Assembly: GCA_002269645.1 (NCBI GenBank)
Contig: NIVC01003655.1
Coordinates: 1-64,000 of the forward strand
Reading direction: 5' to 3'
Source of the DNA: Macrostomum lignano
Taxonomy: Eukaryota
DNA: 64,000 bases
Positions 11,785 to 24,760 of the stretch are shown here, one piece after another. The notes beneath the pieces are model-generated. The model searched no databases, was not told where the DNA came from, and saw only the letters and a program-made list of their open reading frames with translations. The translations under genes were made by a program, and so were the position numbers. The first letter of the stretch is position 1. Each line of letters starts with the position of its first letter.

Positions 11785-12755
11785 TGTTAGACAATTCTAC
11801 CATATTTTTGCCCTCACTGAATAGTTGTCTATTCTGTATTTATTCTAGCTTTCTAAATGAATATATATTATTGTCTAGAAAGTGGCCCTTATGCTAGAAA
11901 ATTCTAGCTAGCTAGCAGGCTAAAGAGACTGAGGAAACACAAGCGATGGACCAGTCCATCAATTCTGACCTCACCAACCAAGAAGGGAATGCAAACATCA
12001 GCAATAGTAGCAGTTTACTCATGTTTGATTAGCTCCGAGCTGCATGGAGGCTATAAACTCTTTGCATATTAATTGCAACAATCCTTTGTTTATCAAGTAC
12101 ATATAATTCAATAATCCCACTCCATAGTCAAAAAGATGGCTTTCTTTATAGAAAATGCTTGCACAAAAAGGGTTTGGACATATGCTATACTAGCATATTC
12201 TGATACAATAATAGGTAAAGAAGAAAAATCTGGCACAATATGGTGCAAGAAAAACATTTCCACTATACAGTGCAAGCAAAATTTAATTAGGATTTTTTCA
12301 ACAAAAACATGCCATGGTCCTGAATATGGCTGACAAAATTAATTAAAACAATAAATTGTTTTTTATTGGCCCCTTTCAACACACAGCTATGTGTAGCCCA
12401 ACCTTAACCAATGGATTCTGAGAGCTGAGTTCTGTTTGACAGAGAAATTTCGATTGAGTCCAGTTTCATAGAGATGATTTTCTATTTTGCGGAGAATTTT
12501 TTGATGGTGTTCAATTCCATGGAGACAATTTCTGTTGCACAAGAGGTGTTGGATAATGGTATTCAGCTAATGGAGTTCAAGGAATGGAATTCCAGTGATG
12601 GGAGTTCTTCTGCTTGAAAGGTGGCGCTTATGTTAGACAATTCTACCATATTTTTGCCCTCACTGAATAGTTGTCTATTCTGTATTTATTCTAGCTTTCT
12701 AAATGAATATATATTAATATTGTCTAGAAAGTGGCTCTTATGCTAGAAAATTCTA
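11785..12755. repeat. ~120-bp direct repeat pair (11785-11906 and 12631-12755)
   Basis: tgttagacaattctaccatatttttgccctcactgaatagttgtctattctg...atgctagaaaattcta is present twice. Confidence 0.85.
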
Positions 12756-14199
12756 TTATATTTTTGCCCTCACTGACAATCATGACATATACTTTGAATA
12801 TAGAATTTTTAGGTTTCAGGTTTAACATTGAATGTGCATAGCTAGGCAGCATCCACCCATTGTTTTAATTGTGTGCACATTGGCTATCCACCTAATGCTT
12901 TATTTTTATACATGGTGCCATCTACCTAATGTTTTAATTGCAATGTTTTGCAATGTTTTAATTGCATTTTCTATTGAAATTGAAATTTGCTAACTTTAAA
13001 AAATTGTAAACAAAATTTTCTAAAGTCAAAATGCAAGAAAAAACAAAGTTTACTCAAACCAAAACTCATTTTTTTATTCTTGATTTACTGCCTATACAAA
13101 ACAAAAGACATGTATTTATAGCACTAATTTGTTTTTTTTGCCACTCTTTTATATGCTTCCAAAATACCGAAGGTGTACGGTAGAGCCCAGTTGATGCCAG
13201 CCCTGAGGCTGAGCCCCGGGAAGCAGGGTCCCTCCACCTGCTAGTAGGGTTCAGGTGCTCCTCCGTCCTGTTTTTATCCCCATTACTGTACTGGTTTTAT
13301 TAATGTAAGGCCTTAGATTGTCGCTCCAATTCTCCGGAGTTATGAGCTCTGCCCTCCTTGCCCGGTCCATCCTGCGCTGTCCTTGGTCCATCTGCTGGCT
13401 CCTCTGGTTGTCTCCCTGCCTAAGTGTCTCTGGCTCTCATCCTGACAGTGGACTGGTGTCCTGGGGAATGAGTTCGCCCGATTCGGGATACCGGCTGAGT
13501 TCGGGTCCTCTTGCCCCTTGTGCCCCTTCCCGACCCCTTGGCCTGGCCTCCAATATTGAGCTGGATAGGCGATACCCTTGGGCTTGTAGCCGGTAGACGG
13601 TCTTCCTGCCTGGAGTCTCGCCCTCAGATACAAGCCTTCCAGACTCGCTCCAATAATTAAGCCATTTTCGTAGACTTCGGGGTTTCCCCGCTCTCGGACC
13701 GCTTTTAGTAGTAACCCAAGCTTTTTTCGCTAATTCCAATTTTTTCTGCGCACTCCCAAGGACTTGTCTGCTGGATGGATGCCTGGGTGGACTCGGTCCT
13801 AGCACCATCCCTGATTCCCCTTTTTGGGTTGGCGGTGTCTTGTATCGTAGGTTTGGGCTAGTTGGGCTAGTAAAAGCACCAATTCACTAGGCTCTCACCA
13901 GAGTCCTGAGCTCTGGTCCCAATCTGTAGCCTCTCAGGCTATATGCCCCTGGCAGTATGGCCCTTTCAGATCCTTGCGGTAGAGCCCCCTTCCCTTTCGG
14001 ACTGATCCACGGTAAGCCCCTGGCTTTCCATCCCCGTTTAACAACAAATCAATAAGTTTGCACATCAAAGTTGGGCTACCAAACCACAAACTAGTGAATG
14101 AAGACGCTGTCGTCTTCAAAGGTGGGACGATGGTTTATATTGTGTCCATTATTGTTTATGGCTATGACATCTATTTATTTAACCTAAATTGAGAGCTAA

Positions 14200-17100
14200 A
14201 AAGCCCCCCACGCTCCTGGCATTAGTTAGTCTAGTGGTATAGTGGGGGACTGGCCGCCCCCCACGCCCCTGGCATTAGTTAGTCTAGTGGTATAGTGGGG
14301 GCTGGCCGCCCCCACGCCCCTGGCATTAGTTAGTCTAGTGGTATAGTGGGGGCTGGCCGCCCCCCACGCCCCTGGCATTTGTTAGTCTAGTGGTATAGTG
14401 GGGGGCTGGCCGCCCCCACGCCCCTGGCATTTATTAGTCTAGTGGTATAGTGGGGGGCTCGCCGCCCCCCACGCCCCTGGCATTAGTTAGTCTAAGTGGT
14501 ATAGTGGGGGGCTGGCCACCCCCCACGCCCCTGGCATTAGTTAGTCTAGTGGTATAGTGGGTGGCTGGCCGCCCCCCACGCCCCTGGCATTAGTTAGTCT
14601 AGTGGTATAGTGGGGGCTGGCCGCCCCCCACGCCCCTGGCATTAGTTAGTCTAGTGGTATAGTGGGGGCTGGCCGCCCCCACGCCCCTGGCATTAGTTAG
14701 TCTAGTGGTATAGTGGGGGCTGGCCGCCCCCACGCCCCTGGCATTAGTTAGTCTAGTGGTATAGTGGTATAGTGGGGGGGCTAGCCGCCCCCACGCCCCT
14801 GGCATTAGTTAGTCTAGTGGTATAGTGGGGGCTGGCCGCCCCCCACGCCCCTGGCATTAGTTAGTCTAGTGGTATAGTGGGGGCTGGCCGCCCCCACGCC
14901 CCTGGCATTAGTTAGTCTAGTGGTATAGTGGGGGCTGGCCACCCCCACGCCCCTGGCATTAGTTAGTCTAGTGGTATAGTGGGGGGCTGGCCACCCCCAG
15001 CGCCCCTGGCATTAGTTAGTCTAGTGGTATAGTGGGGGCTGGCCGCCCCCACGCCCCTGGCATTAGTTAGTCTAGTGGTATAGTGGGGGCTGGCCGCCCC
15101 CCACGCCCCTGGCATTAGTTAGTCTAGTGGTATAGTGGGGGGCTGGCCGCCCCCCACGCCCCTGGCATTAGTTAGTCTAAGTGGTATAGTGGGGGCTGGC
15201 CGCCCCCACGCCCCTGGCATTAGTTAGTCTAGTGGTATAGTGGGGGGCTGGCCGCCCCCACGCCCCTGGCATTAGTTAGTCTAGTGGTATAGTGGGGGCT
15301 GGCCGCCCCCACGCCCCTGGCATTAGTTAGTCTAAGTGGTATAGTGGGGGCTGGCCGCCCCCCACGCCCCTGGCATTAGTTAGTCTAGTGGTATAGTGGG
15401 GGCTGGCCACCCCCACGCCCCTGGCATTAGTTAGTCTAGTGGTATAGTGGGGGCTGGCCGCCCCCCACGCCCCTGGCATTTATTAGTCTAGTGGTATAGT
15501 GGGGGGCTCGCCGCCCCCCACGCCCCTGGCATTAGTTAGTCTAAGTGGTATAGTGGGGGGCTGGCCGCCCCCCACGCCCCTGGCATTAGTTAGTCTAGTG
15601 GTATAGTGGTATAGTGGGGGCTGGCCGCCCCCACACACCTGGCATTAGTTAGTCTAGTGGTATAGTAGGGGCTGGCCACCCCCACGCCCCTGGCATTAGT
15701 TAGTCTAGTGGTATAGTGGGGGGCTGGCCGCCCCCCACGCCCCTGGCATTAGTTAGTCTAGTGGTATAGTGGGGGGCTGGCCGCCCCCACGCCCCTGGCA
15801 TTAGTTAGTCTAGTGGTATAGTGGGGGGCTGGCCGCCCCCCACGCCCCTGGCATTAGTTAGTCTAAGTGGTATAGTGGGGGCTGGCCGCCCCCCACGCCC
15901 CTGGCATTAGTTAGTCTAGTGGTATAGTGGGGGCTGGCCGCCCCCCACGCCCCTGGCATTAGTTAGTCTAGTGGTATAGTGGGGGCTGGCCGCCCCCACG
16001 CCCCTGGCATTAGTTAGTCTAAGTGGTATAGTGGGGGCTGGCCGCCCCCACGCCCCTGGCATTAGTTAGTCTAGTGGTATAGTGGGGGGCTGGCCACCCC
16101 CACGCCCCTGGCATTAGTTAGTCTAGTGGTATAGTGGGGGGCTGGCCGCCCCCACGCCCCTGGCATTTATTAGTCTAGTGGTATAGTGGGGGGCTCGCCG
16201 CCCCCACGCCCCTGGCATTAGTTAGTCTAAGTGGTATAGTGGGGGGCTGGCCGCCCCCACGCCCCTGGCATTAGTTAGTCTAGTGGTATAGTGGTATAGT
16301 GGGGGCTGGCCGCCCCCCACACCCTGGCATTAGTTAGTCTAGTGGTATAGTAGGGGGCTGGCCGCCCCCACGCCCCTGGCATTAGTTAGTCTAGTGGTAT
16401 AGTGGGGGGCTGGCCGCCCCCCACGCCCCTGGCATTAGTTAGTCTAGTGGTATAGTGGGGGCTGGCCGCCCCCACGCCCCTGGCATTAGTTAGTCTAAGT
16501 GGTATAGTGGGGGGCTGCCGCCCCCACGCCCCTGGCATTAGTTAGTCTAGTGGTATAGTGGGGGGCTGGCCACCCCCACGCCCCTGGCATTAGTTAGTCT
16601 AGTGGTATAGTGGGGGCTGGCCGCCCCCCACGCCCCTGGCATTAGTTAGTCTAGTGGTATAGTGGGGGGCTGGCCGCCCCCACGCCCCTGGCATTAGTTA
16701 GTCTAGTGGTATAGTGGGGGGCTGGCCGCCCCCACGCCCCTGGCATTAGTTAGTCTAAGTGGTATAGTGGGGGCTGGCCGCCCCCCACGCCCCTGGCATT
16801 AGTTAGTCTAGTGGTATAGTGGGGGGCTGGCCGCCCCCACGCCCCTGGCATTAGTTAGTCTAGTGGTATAGTGGGGGCTGGCCGCCCCCCACGCCCCTGG
16901 CATTAGTTAGTCTAAGTGGTATAGTGGGGGCTGGCCGCCCCCACGCCCCTGGCATTAGTTAGTCTAGTGGTATAGTGGGGGCTGGCCACCCCCCACGCCC
17001 CTGGCATTAGTTAGTCTAGTGGTATAGTGGGGGCTGGCCGCCCCCCACGCCCCTGGCATTTATTAGTCTAGTGGTATAGTGGGGGGCTCGCCGCCCCCCA

Positions 17101-17920
17101 CGCCCCTGGCATTAGTTAGTCTAAGTGGTATAGTGGGGGGCTGGCCGCCCCCACGCCCCTGGCATTAGTTAGTCTAGTGGTATAGTGGTATAGTGGGGGC
17201 TGGCCGCCCCCACACCTGGCATTAGTTAGTCTAGTGGTATAGTAGGGGGCTGGCCGCCCCCCACGCCCCTGGCATTAGTTAGTCTAGTGGTATAGTGGGG
17301 GCTGGCCGCCCCCACGCCCCTGGCATTAGTTAGTCTAGTGGTATAGTGGGGGCTGGCCGCCCCCACGCCCCTGGCATTAGTTAGTCTAAGTGGTATAGTG
17401 GGGGGCTTGCCGCCCCCCACGCCCCTGGCATTAGTTAGTCTAGTGGTATAGTGGGGGCTGGCCACCCCCACGCCCCTGGCATTAGTTAGTCTAGTGGTAT
17501 AGTGGGGGGCTGGCCGCCCCCACGCCCCTGGCATTAGTTAGTCTAGTGGTATAGTGGGGGCTGGCCGCCCCCACGCCCCTGGCATTAGTTAGTCTAGTGG
17601 TATAGTAGGGGGCTGGCCGCCCCCCACGCCCCTGGCATTTATTAGTCTAGTGGTATAGTGGGGGCTGGCCGCCCCCACGCCCCTGGCATTAGTTTCTCTA
17701 GTGGTATAGTGGGGGCTGGCCGCCCCCACGCCCCTGGCATTAGTTAGTCTAGTGGTATAGTGGGGGCTGGCCGCCCCCACGCCACTGGCATTAGTTAGTC
17801 TAGTGGTATAGTGGGGGCTGGCCGCCCCACACCCCTGGCATTAGTTTCTCTAGTGGTATAGTGGGGAGTTGGCCGCCCCCACGCCCCTGGCATTAGTTTG
17901 TCTAGTGGTATAGTGGAGGG
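14200..17920. repeat. ~51-bp GC-rich satellite, roughly 70 copies
   Basis: Unit gtctagtggtatagtgggggctggccgcccccacgcccctggcattagtta; length varies mainly in the G and C runs. Confidence 0.97.
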
Positions 17921-18235
17921 CTGGCCGCCCCCACACCCCCGCTCCCCCACCCCTCCGCGCGTTGTTGTTGGGGAGGGTGGTTGTTGTTGTGGGGTTTGCG
18001 TAACGTGGGGGCTGCCGCCCCCACACCCCCGCTCCCCCACCCCTCCGCGCGTTGTTGTTGGGGAGGGTGGTTGTTGTTGTGGGGTTTGCGTAACGTGGGG
18101 GCTGCCGCCCCCACACCCCCGCTCCCCCACCCCTCCCGCACATTGTTGTTGGGGAGGGTGGTTGTTGTTGTGGGGTTTGCGTAACGTGGGGGCTGCCGCC
18201 CCCACACCCCCGCTCCCCCACCCCACCCCTCCGCA
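17921..18235. repeat. 90-bp tandem repeat (~3.3 copies) sharing the ggggctg(g)ccgcccccac core with the 51-bp satellite
   Basis: gctcccccac recurs at 17941, 18031, 18121 and ~18212. Confidence 0.9.
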
Positions 18236-18507
18236 ACTTTTCCCACCTCTAACACATCTTTTTAGCATGCTAAAACTGCTTGTAAGCCTTTGGCGACCGC
18301 GCAACACATGATACTTGCCGATATGTATCGTAATATTCTTTCTGCACTAACAAATCATCTGTGCCGCACTTTCAGCTTCACTCTTACTCTTTAATAAGGT
18401 ATAGAAGGAAAGGAAAATTAAACAATCAATATTAAATTATATTCAAGTGAAAGAGAATTGAAAATACTAATAAATCCGTTCCTGCTAAAAAATTAAATAT
18501 AAAAAAA

Positions 18508-18575
18508 ACTTGGCCCACTTGGGATTCGAACCCGTGTTTAGGCCATTTACAAAGCAACTGCCTTCGGCCCCGATC
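18508..18575 (-). pseudogene. tRNA-like fragment (T-arm / B-box)
   Basis: The minus strand reads ...cacGGGTTCGAATCCCaagtgggcca. No convincing D-arm or complete cloverleaf could be folded. Confidence 0.3.
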
Positions 18576-21239
18576 CATCTCTTACTTAAGCGAAGCTCTA
18601 CAGTGCACGCCGTTTATATCGAATATTCCCTATGGTAGCCACTTTTACGATTTTTGCTGCTTTTTCATACATTTCTGCTCGCTGCATCGCAGCGCCTTCA
18701 TCTAAAAATGCGAGTCGCATGTCGTTACAGAGATAACATCAAGGCGCATTCATCTAATGCATTTTTAAAGTATGTCAACAAATTTTACGCCTCCTAGGCG
18801 CCAAATTGTGCATTTTCACCTGTTCTGACAGGTATTCAAACAGGTATTAAGACCTATTAACTTAAGAATCAGTTTTCAAAACTAATTTAGTTGCACAGTG
18901 CATCCATAGTGCTGTTTTTAGACACCAAAATTGAGTCTCTAGGCCTTGCCAATGCAGAGTTATTAGCAAAAGTATGCTCAAAATTTGCCCAAAAATAGCC
19001 TTCTCAAAATTCGGAGCCAATTTTCTCAAAAATACGAATTTTCCAGCCATATTGGCGTATGACCGGTGTAACTTCATCTATTCGACTAAACAATATTGAA
19101 AATGCAGAAAAATCGGTGCGCAAAATTTCTTATTTTTCCACTTCAAAGTTTGTACCCCAAAATGGGCCGTTTTTCACTTAACAGGTAAAAAGTACCTGTT
19201 AACAGGGGTTTTTTCAGGAGTGTCTTATGTCATTCAAAAGGGCATCCGATGGGCTACAATTTGACGCCATACTCGAAAAACTTTGCCCCATTTTAAAAAA
19301 ATTTCCTTAACAACGTCTGATTTTCTGCAGTGCCCCCCGGCCTCTTTTTTCCCTGGTTTTCGGGTCACTGCTCAGCACAGGTAGGTCCAAATGCTTAGAA
19401 AATTTAGGAAAACAAATTTCCATATGTTTGACACATCGTGTTAAAGTCTCACCACTGTAGCATAAAACACTTTTTCAAGTTTGAGGACTACTTTTTTAAA
19501 ACGTGACCCAATTTTTTGAAAATGTCGTTTTTAGGCACTCTTTGGCACCTGAGCAGGTTATTGATGGCCCAATAAGCCAAATCTCGATGTTTCCGAATAG
19601 AAGACATCTATTTGAGTAATTTGGTGTAGAAATATTAAAAAATAAAGTTTTTAATCTCGACGAGATAGGCCTCACAAAAGTGCACTAAAAATTTGTACTT
19701 TTAAAGTGCAGATAGGCAGCCATGTGAAAAGTACATTTTAGCCCTAAAAACTATAGCGCATCAAACAGCCCCAGGTGTTATTGACGCTATGAGGCAGCTC
19801 AAAGGCCGCGCTATCGCGCGTCCTTTTCGCTGCGGTGAGGCAAAGTTGGAAAAAATGCCAATTTTTCGACCTCAAAAAACACGTTTTTTGTACTTTTAGC
19901 CTAGACGTTAAAGTACAATAAAAAAATCCATTTCTGATCATTGTAGCGTTCGAATGCCCGCGTTTACTGAGCCAGCCCGCTAAGCGCTGCCATATTCTCA
20001 ATCCTTATTTTTTGAGATCAAAGTTTTTGACAAAGTCGAAAAAACGCAGTTTTTGGTTGCCATGGCAACCAAAACGCATTGCCATGGCAACCAACTATTG
20101 TGCATCCGATAGCGCTAGGTCTTTGACACATTTTGGCAAAAACCGTTTGTAAATTGGTCGTACCGTTTTTTATTGGCAGCGTTTAAAAGTTGAAAAACGT
20201 CATTTTTAGTGTGTGCAACCACGTTACATCTTATCAGGGACGATTTCGCAAAAGTAAGCACCATAGAAAAAAATTCTCGCTTCGCTCGCCTTTTTTTCTA
20301 TACTACTTACTGGCTCATCGTCCCACAACTAGAGTTAAAAGTCAATTGAATTGGGTAAATAATTTTAATCAATTTGACGAAAAACTCTTGGAATAATGAA
20401 AATGCGTTTCTTCGCAAAAATCCGTTAGTAGTACAAGACTGAAGCATAATATCAAAGCATATGTGACGGACAAATGTATGAAGTTATAAACAACTTTTTA
20501 TAAAGCATTACTAAGTAAGATCTAGATAATGACTTTATTAGCCTTAAAACCCTATTTAAAAAACCTAATTTATGATTATGTGGTGATATTTTGACGTCCA
20601 TAACTTTAAATAAATGCACTTATCAATCAATCTTTTTTGATAAGTGCATAAGTGCTTAAACTTAGTCTATTAAAGCCAGGGCAGGTGGTACGGATCTAGA
20701 AAATTTTGAACGGAAGGGCGCAGATTACTTAGGTACATGTATATGTATATTATGTACATGTACACGATAATGTGTATTTTCCATATATCTTTCCTAACAA
20801 TTTCCCTGTTAATCCTACTCACTACCACTACTGAATTCCCCCAATATTGAACTTTGAACATCTCACAAATTTTGGCGTTTCTTACAAACGTATGCGACTT
20901 TGGTTCCGCGCGGTAAAAACCGCATCAAATACCGCGTTGATATGTGTTGCACATTTCAACGCGGAGTTTAATGCGGCATTTTCCGCGTAAAACTAATCGA
21001 AGCATTAACGTATTATATCTTCTAAACAAACTTAACTGTATCCTTTTTTACTCTCTTTAATAATCATTTATATTCTAAAGCCTATTCAACGCGGAATTCA
21101 ATGCGGGATTTCCCGCACTAAACCTAACTTGTGCTGCAGTGTTCTTATCTGACTTCAGTTGAAAGCATTTTCTTCGTGTTACTTTGTACGAGTCGGTGTT
21201 TTGGAGGTAATTTATATTTTAATGACGTTTGGATAACGT

Positions 21240-22300
21240 CAAACGTGCTTCGGGTTGGGGCGCTGAACTCTCATGGCCGCCTAGCGGAGAGGGCATGCTT
21301 GAGCAGCTAGCGCTGAGGCCATGAAGGAGTTGGAGCGCTGATCGGACCGAGGCTGCAGCAGAGCTGTCGCTGCATCTCCCTGTCTGACCGGCTGCTTCGT
21401 GTCGATGTCCGCGGCTTCGAGGCGGAACGCTCGCCTAGCTGTTCTGCGCGTACGCACCTCCTGCCACGCGACCTGACGGGGCTCAAGTCTTCTTCAAGCG
21501 CTCTCGGCGCAGGTGGAGACGGCGTAGCGTGACACAGGTCGTCCTCGAAGACCTGAACGCGATTTTGCCTAGGTCCGAGCGGTCGCTGTTTGTGACACCG
21601 CGCGAGAACGGCAACACCGGAAGCGCTGGAGGACTTCCTGGAGAGGCATGACAGTGTCGGCAGGCTCGCGAACTTGTAGGGCTGTAAGCGGAGGCGGAGG
21701 AATGCACGCGGCCGGGATGCGACACGGAGCCAGGCACAGCTCGATCACGTGCTTGTGCGTCTTCGTGAGCGCCGCCGCGCCGTCAACTGCCGCACCATCA
21801 CGCCGCTGTTCATCCGACCATCGGCTTTTCATCTGCGACCTGCGTCTACGCAATCCGCTTTACCGTCCGCCGAAGCGGCCAACGCGGAGCTTCTATCGTG
21901 CACTCAAGGACACCCAGGTGCGTCGCCATTTCGTCAGCGCCTTCTTCAGCGCGCTTTGCAACAAGTGCGGGCGCGTTGAGTATACGGAGGTAAGTGCCGC
22001 AGTTAGAGCAAGCAATCCCGATGATGCAATCGGCCCAACAAAGGCAGCCGGTCTGGCAGGATAACCCTGCGATGCAAGCGAGGGCAAAGCTGGAGAGGCT
22101 CCGTCTCAGCAGGCGGCCAACCCGCGAGGCGGAGGCTCTGGCAGCTGTCTATCTGCAGCGGCAACAGGCCGCTGTTGACGATGCTATCCAGGCCGTCACC
22201 GACGCTGGACCCGACGCCAAATGGTGCAGGGCCTGGTCCGCCATCAACGCTCTGACGGGCGGAAGCGGCGCATTTCGCTCAACCTGGCTGGCGACAAATC
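21240..22300 (+). mobile_element. degenerate non-LTR retrotransposon (RTE-like) APE endonuclease and linker fragment
   Basis: APE motifs spread across frameshifts: GVGALI, AYAP, VVLEDLNA, QLDHVLV, SDHRLFICDLRLR. These are followed by a helical linker ending in AWSAINALTG. Confidence 0.75.
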
Positions 22301-22639
22301 CAGGTGAGCGCAGAAATGAGTTGGTTGCTTGTAGCGGTAAGTACAGCATTCCTGTGAAATATGAGCCAGACTAGGCCTACGAGCTGCAGTCTGCGATGTT
22401 TCACACCAGCTCAACCTCTTTTAGAACAGGCATGGCTGGAGATTTAAGCTCCATGCTGCCCTACTAGCCGACCCAGGGGTACACGTCCCACTAGGGCCAC
22501 ATGGACAGACTGGGTAGCGCCGGTCACCCTTCCGGAGCATTGGCCTTTGGCCTTAGTTTTTAAGGGTACGGATTTATCCCGGTACACTTACCTGTGCGTA
22601 ACCACCCTCACCTCCCTCGTGGACTACTGCTCTAACCGT

Positions 22640-24760
22640 ATAGGTTTGAGCTGCTGGTGGCGGGCGACATCAACGCCCCAACACTCACTGGGGCAGTAAT
22701 ACTTCCAACAGCAGAGGCCGAGGAACTCATTGCTTACCACTGCACCACCAATACTGAGTTTTTTAACATTGGTGTGTAATAGCTCACGCGAACTCCACTG
22801 GTTACGAGCTAAGTAAGTTAGAACTTTACGAGAAAGCTTGAGTGACTGCTAGTCAGCGCACGCGTATATTTATTTAATAGGTACGACGTAGATTAAAGTA
22901 CACGATACACGTACACGCGAGGATAAGCAATCAATGAGGTGCACACTTAAGAAATAACCAATGTGCCCACGCAACCCTACGCCCAAGCAACCCCAAGAAC
23001 GCCCAAGATCAGTCCAGTGGCACTTTGGTTGTGGAACCCCCATCTTCGACAACGGGCGATGGACGGAGACCCGTGACATAACGATCCCACGGTTTGGCTC
23101 CTCTGGTCAAGGACTGGGGGTGTGGGACGAAGAGGAGTCTCTGTCTGACCATCGCTTCGTTAGTTTTCAGTTGCCATCCTCTTGCCCAAAGCCTAGCATC
23201 CTGTGGAAAAGGAACATCTGGAACTCTGACTGGACGGCTTTCACGGAAACCCTGAAATGCCAGACAGATCAGCTGACCACCGTCGTTCCTACCACCTAGC
23301 TGTCAGGAAGTAGATGACCTTGCAGACTTGCTCAGCAAGACCGTCCTGACGGCCCACGAAGCCTTAAATCAAGGCCTAAAAAAGCAATAAATCCGCTCTT
23401 GGTGGCACCCGGCGCTTGGATACCTCCGGCGCAAGGCAAAGTGCCTCCAATGGAAAGCTCGCAAGAACAAGGACCCAGCTGACCTGGCCGTTTATCAGGA
23501 CGCGATTCGCGACTTTGAGCGTTAAACCAGAAAAGCCAAGTCCGACAAATAGCGCCAATGCGCGGAGTTAGAAGGCACCCGCCCTACTTCACGCGTGTTC
23601 AAGGCTCTCACCCTCGAAAAAATTTCAAAGCTCTCAGTCATTTAAAAGACCGGACGGCCGGCTCGCTGAGAACCCCGGGGAATCGCTGGACATCATGCTT
23701 ACCAGCTCTTTCCCACGTGCCGCACCACAGCTAAGCCCACCGGACCACTCTCCAGGCGCACAGATCTTGGCTTCGACCATCATTACCAGAGAGAGGATTG
23801 CTCACGCCGCAAAATCCTTCTTTCCTTTCAAGTCACCGGGACCTGAACATTTATCCTGGCTTCTTGCATGAGGCAGTTAAAACTGACAGGTTTTAGACCA
23901 CCTCTGCAACCTCTTCAAGGCCAGCATTACGAGTACTGGAATTCCGGGGCACGCACGAGAACCTTACCTGCTGGATAATGTACATGCTCTCCTATCGTAC
24001 TGCCACCTTGAACCTCCTGAAACACTCCCGCTCTGTGGAGGTCCAGAAGGTGAACCGCAAAGTGGAGTCCTCAGCCCGATTCTCTGGAACTTAATGGTCA
24101 TGGACCAAGTTTGCAGCCCGCACCCGAACCCGGTTCAGAAGGTCGGTTACTCGAACGATGTTACCGCCACTGTGGCTGGACCATCACCCGCGGTCCTCAG
24201 GGACCTCCTCCAAGCCTTCATCCACCGTGCCGAGCGCTGGGCACAAAGCTGCGGTCTCAGGTTCTCTGAGTCTAAAACCGTGGCTATCATGTTCACCAGC
24301 CGCCGAAATTGGAGGATCGAATCGCTCTCCCTCTATGGCAAACCCGTTGCCATGGAGAAACAAACCAGATGTCTGGGCGTCCCCCCTCGACCACAGGTTG
24401 AGTTGAGCCCCACACGTCCAAACCAAAGCCCTCAAAGCTCTCGCGACTCTCGCGCAGATCTGCAGAGCTTTCGGCGCTACCCCCGCCGCCTCTGGTGGAT
24501 TTACACTGCCATCGTGAGACCGGCCATCTCCTTCGCCGGCTTCATTTGGAACAGTGCCCTAAAGGTGGAGGGGTTTTTGATGCTCTTAACAGGATGCAAG
24601 GCCGCGCTTGTCGAGCTATCATGAGCACGACCCCGTCTACGCCCTTTGCTAGCATGAAATCCTTCCTGGACCTTCCCAACCTTAAGCTCTTTGTCAGAGG
24701 GGAGGCAATGAAGACCACCCGCCATCTGCTTGTCATCTGAATCACTTCGCCTTCAGAAAG
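22640..24760 (+). mobile_element. degenerate R1/LOA-like non-LTR retrotransposon ORF2 (APE-RT) fragment
   Basis: APE motifs LLVAGDINA, TPIF...W.E..DIT and SLSDHRFVSF. RT-region motifs KSPGP, GVLSPILWNL, VGYSNDV (YADD-like), FSESKTVAIMF and WIYTAIVRPAISF. Many stops and frameshifts. Confidence 0.75.

Larger units (their letters stand above)
14091..20330 (-). mobile_element. non-autonomous Helentron-like (HINE/DINE-1-type) element with an internal satellite array
   Basis: 11-bp subterminal inverted repeats gtgggacgatg (14122-14132) and catcgtcccac (20316-20326). An extra partial IR gggacgat (20237-20244) lies next to one subTIR. A perfect 8-bp hairpin tgaagacg-ctgt-cgtcttca (14099-14118) and CTAG (14091) lie outside the other. 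Tandem repeats sit in the middle. Confidence 0.6.

Noticed and set aside
18508-18575. Functional tRNA gene
   Set aside because: Only a T-arm/B-box is recognisable; no coherent D-arm or acceptor stem. The SINE heads at 33572 and 52917 likewise run into repeat bodies.
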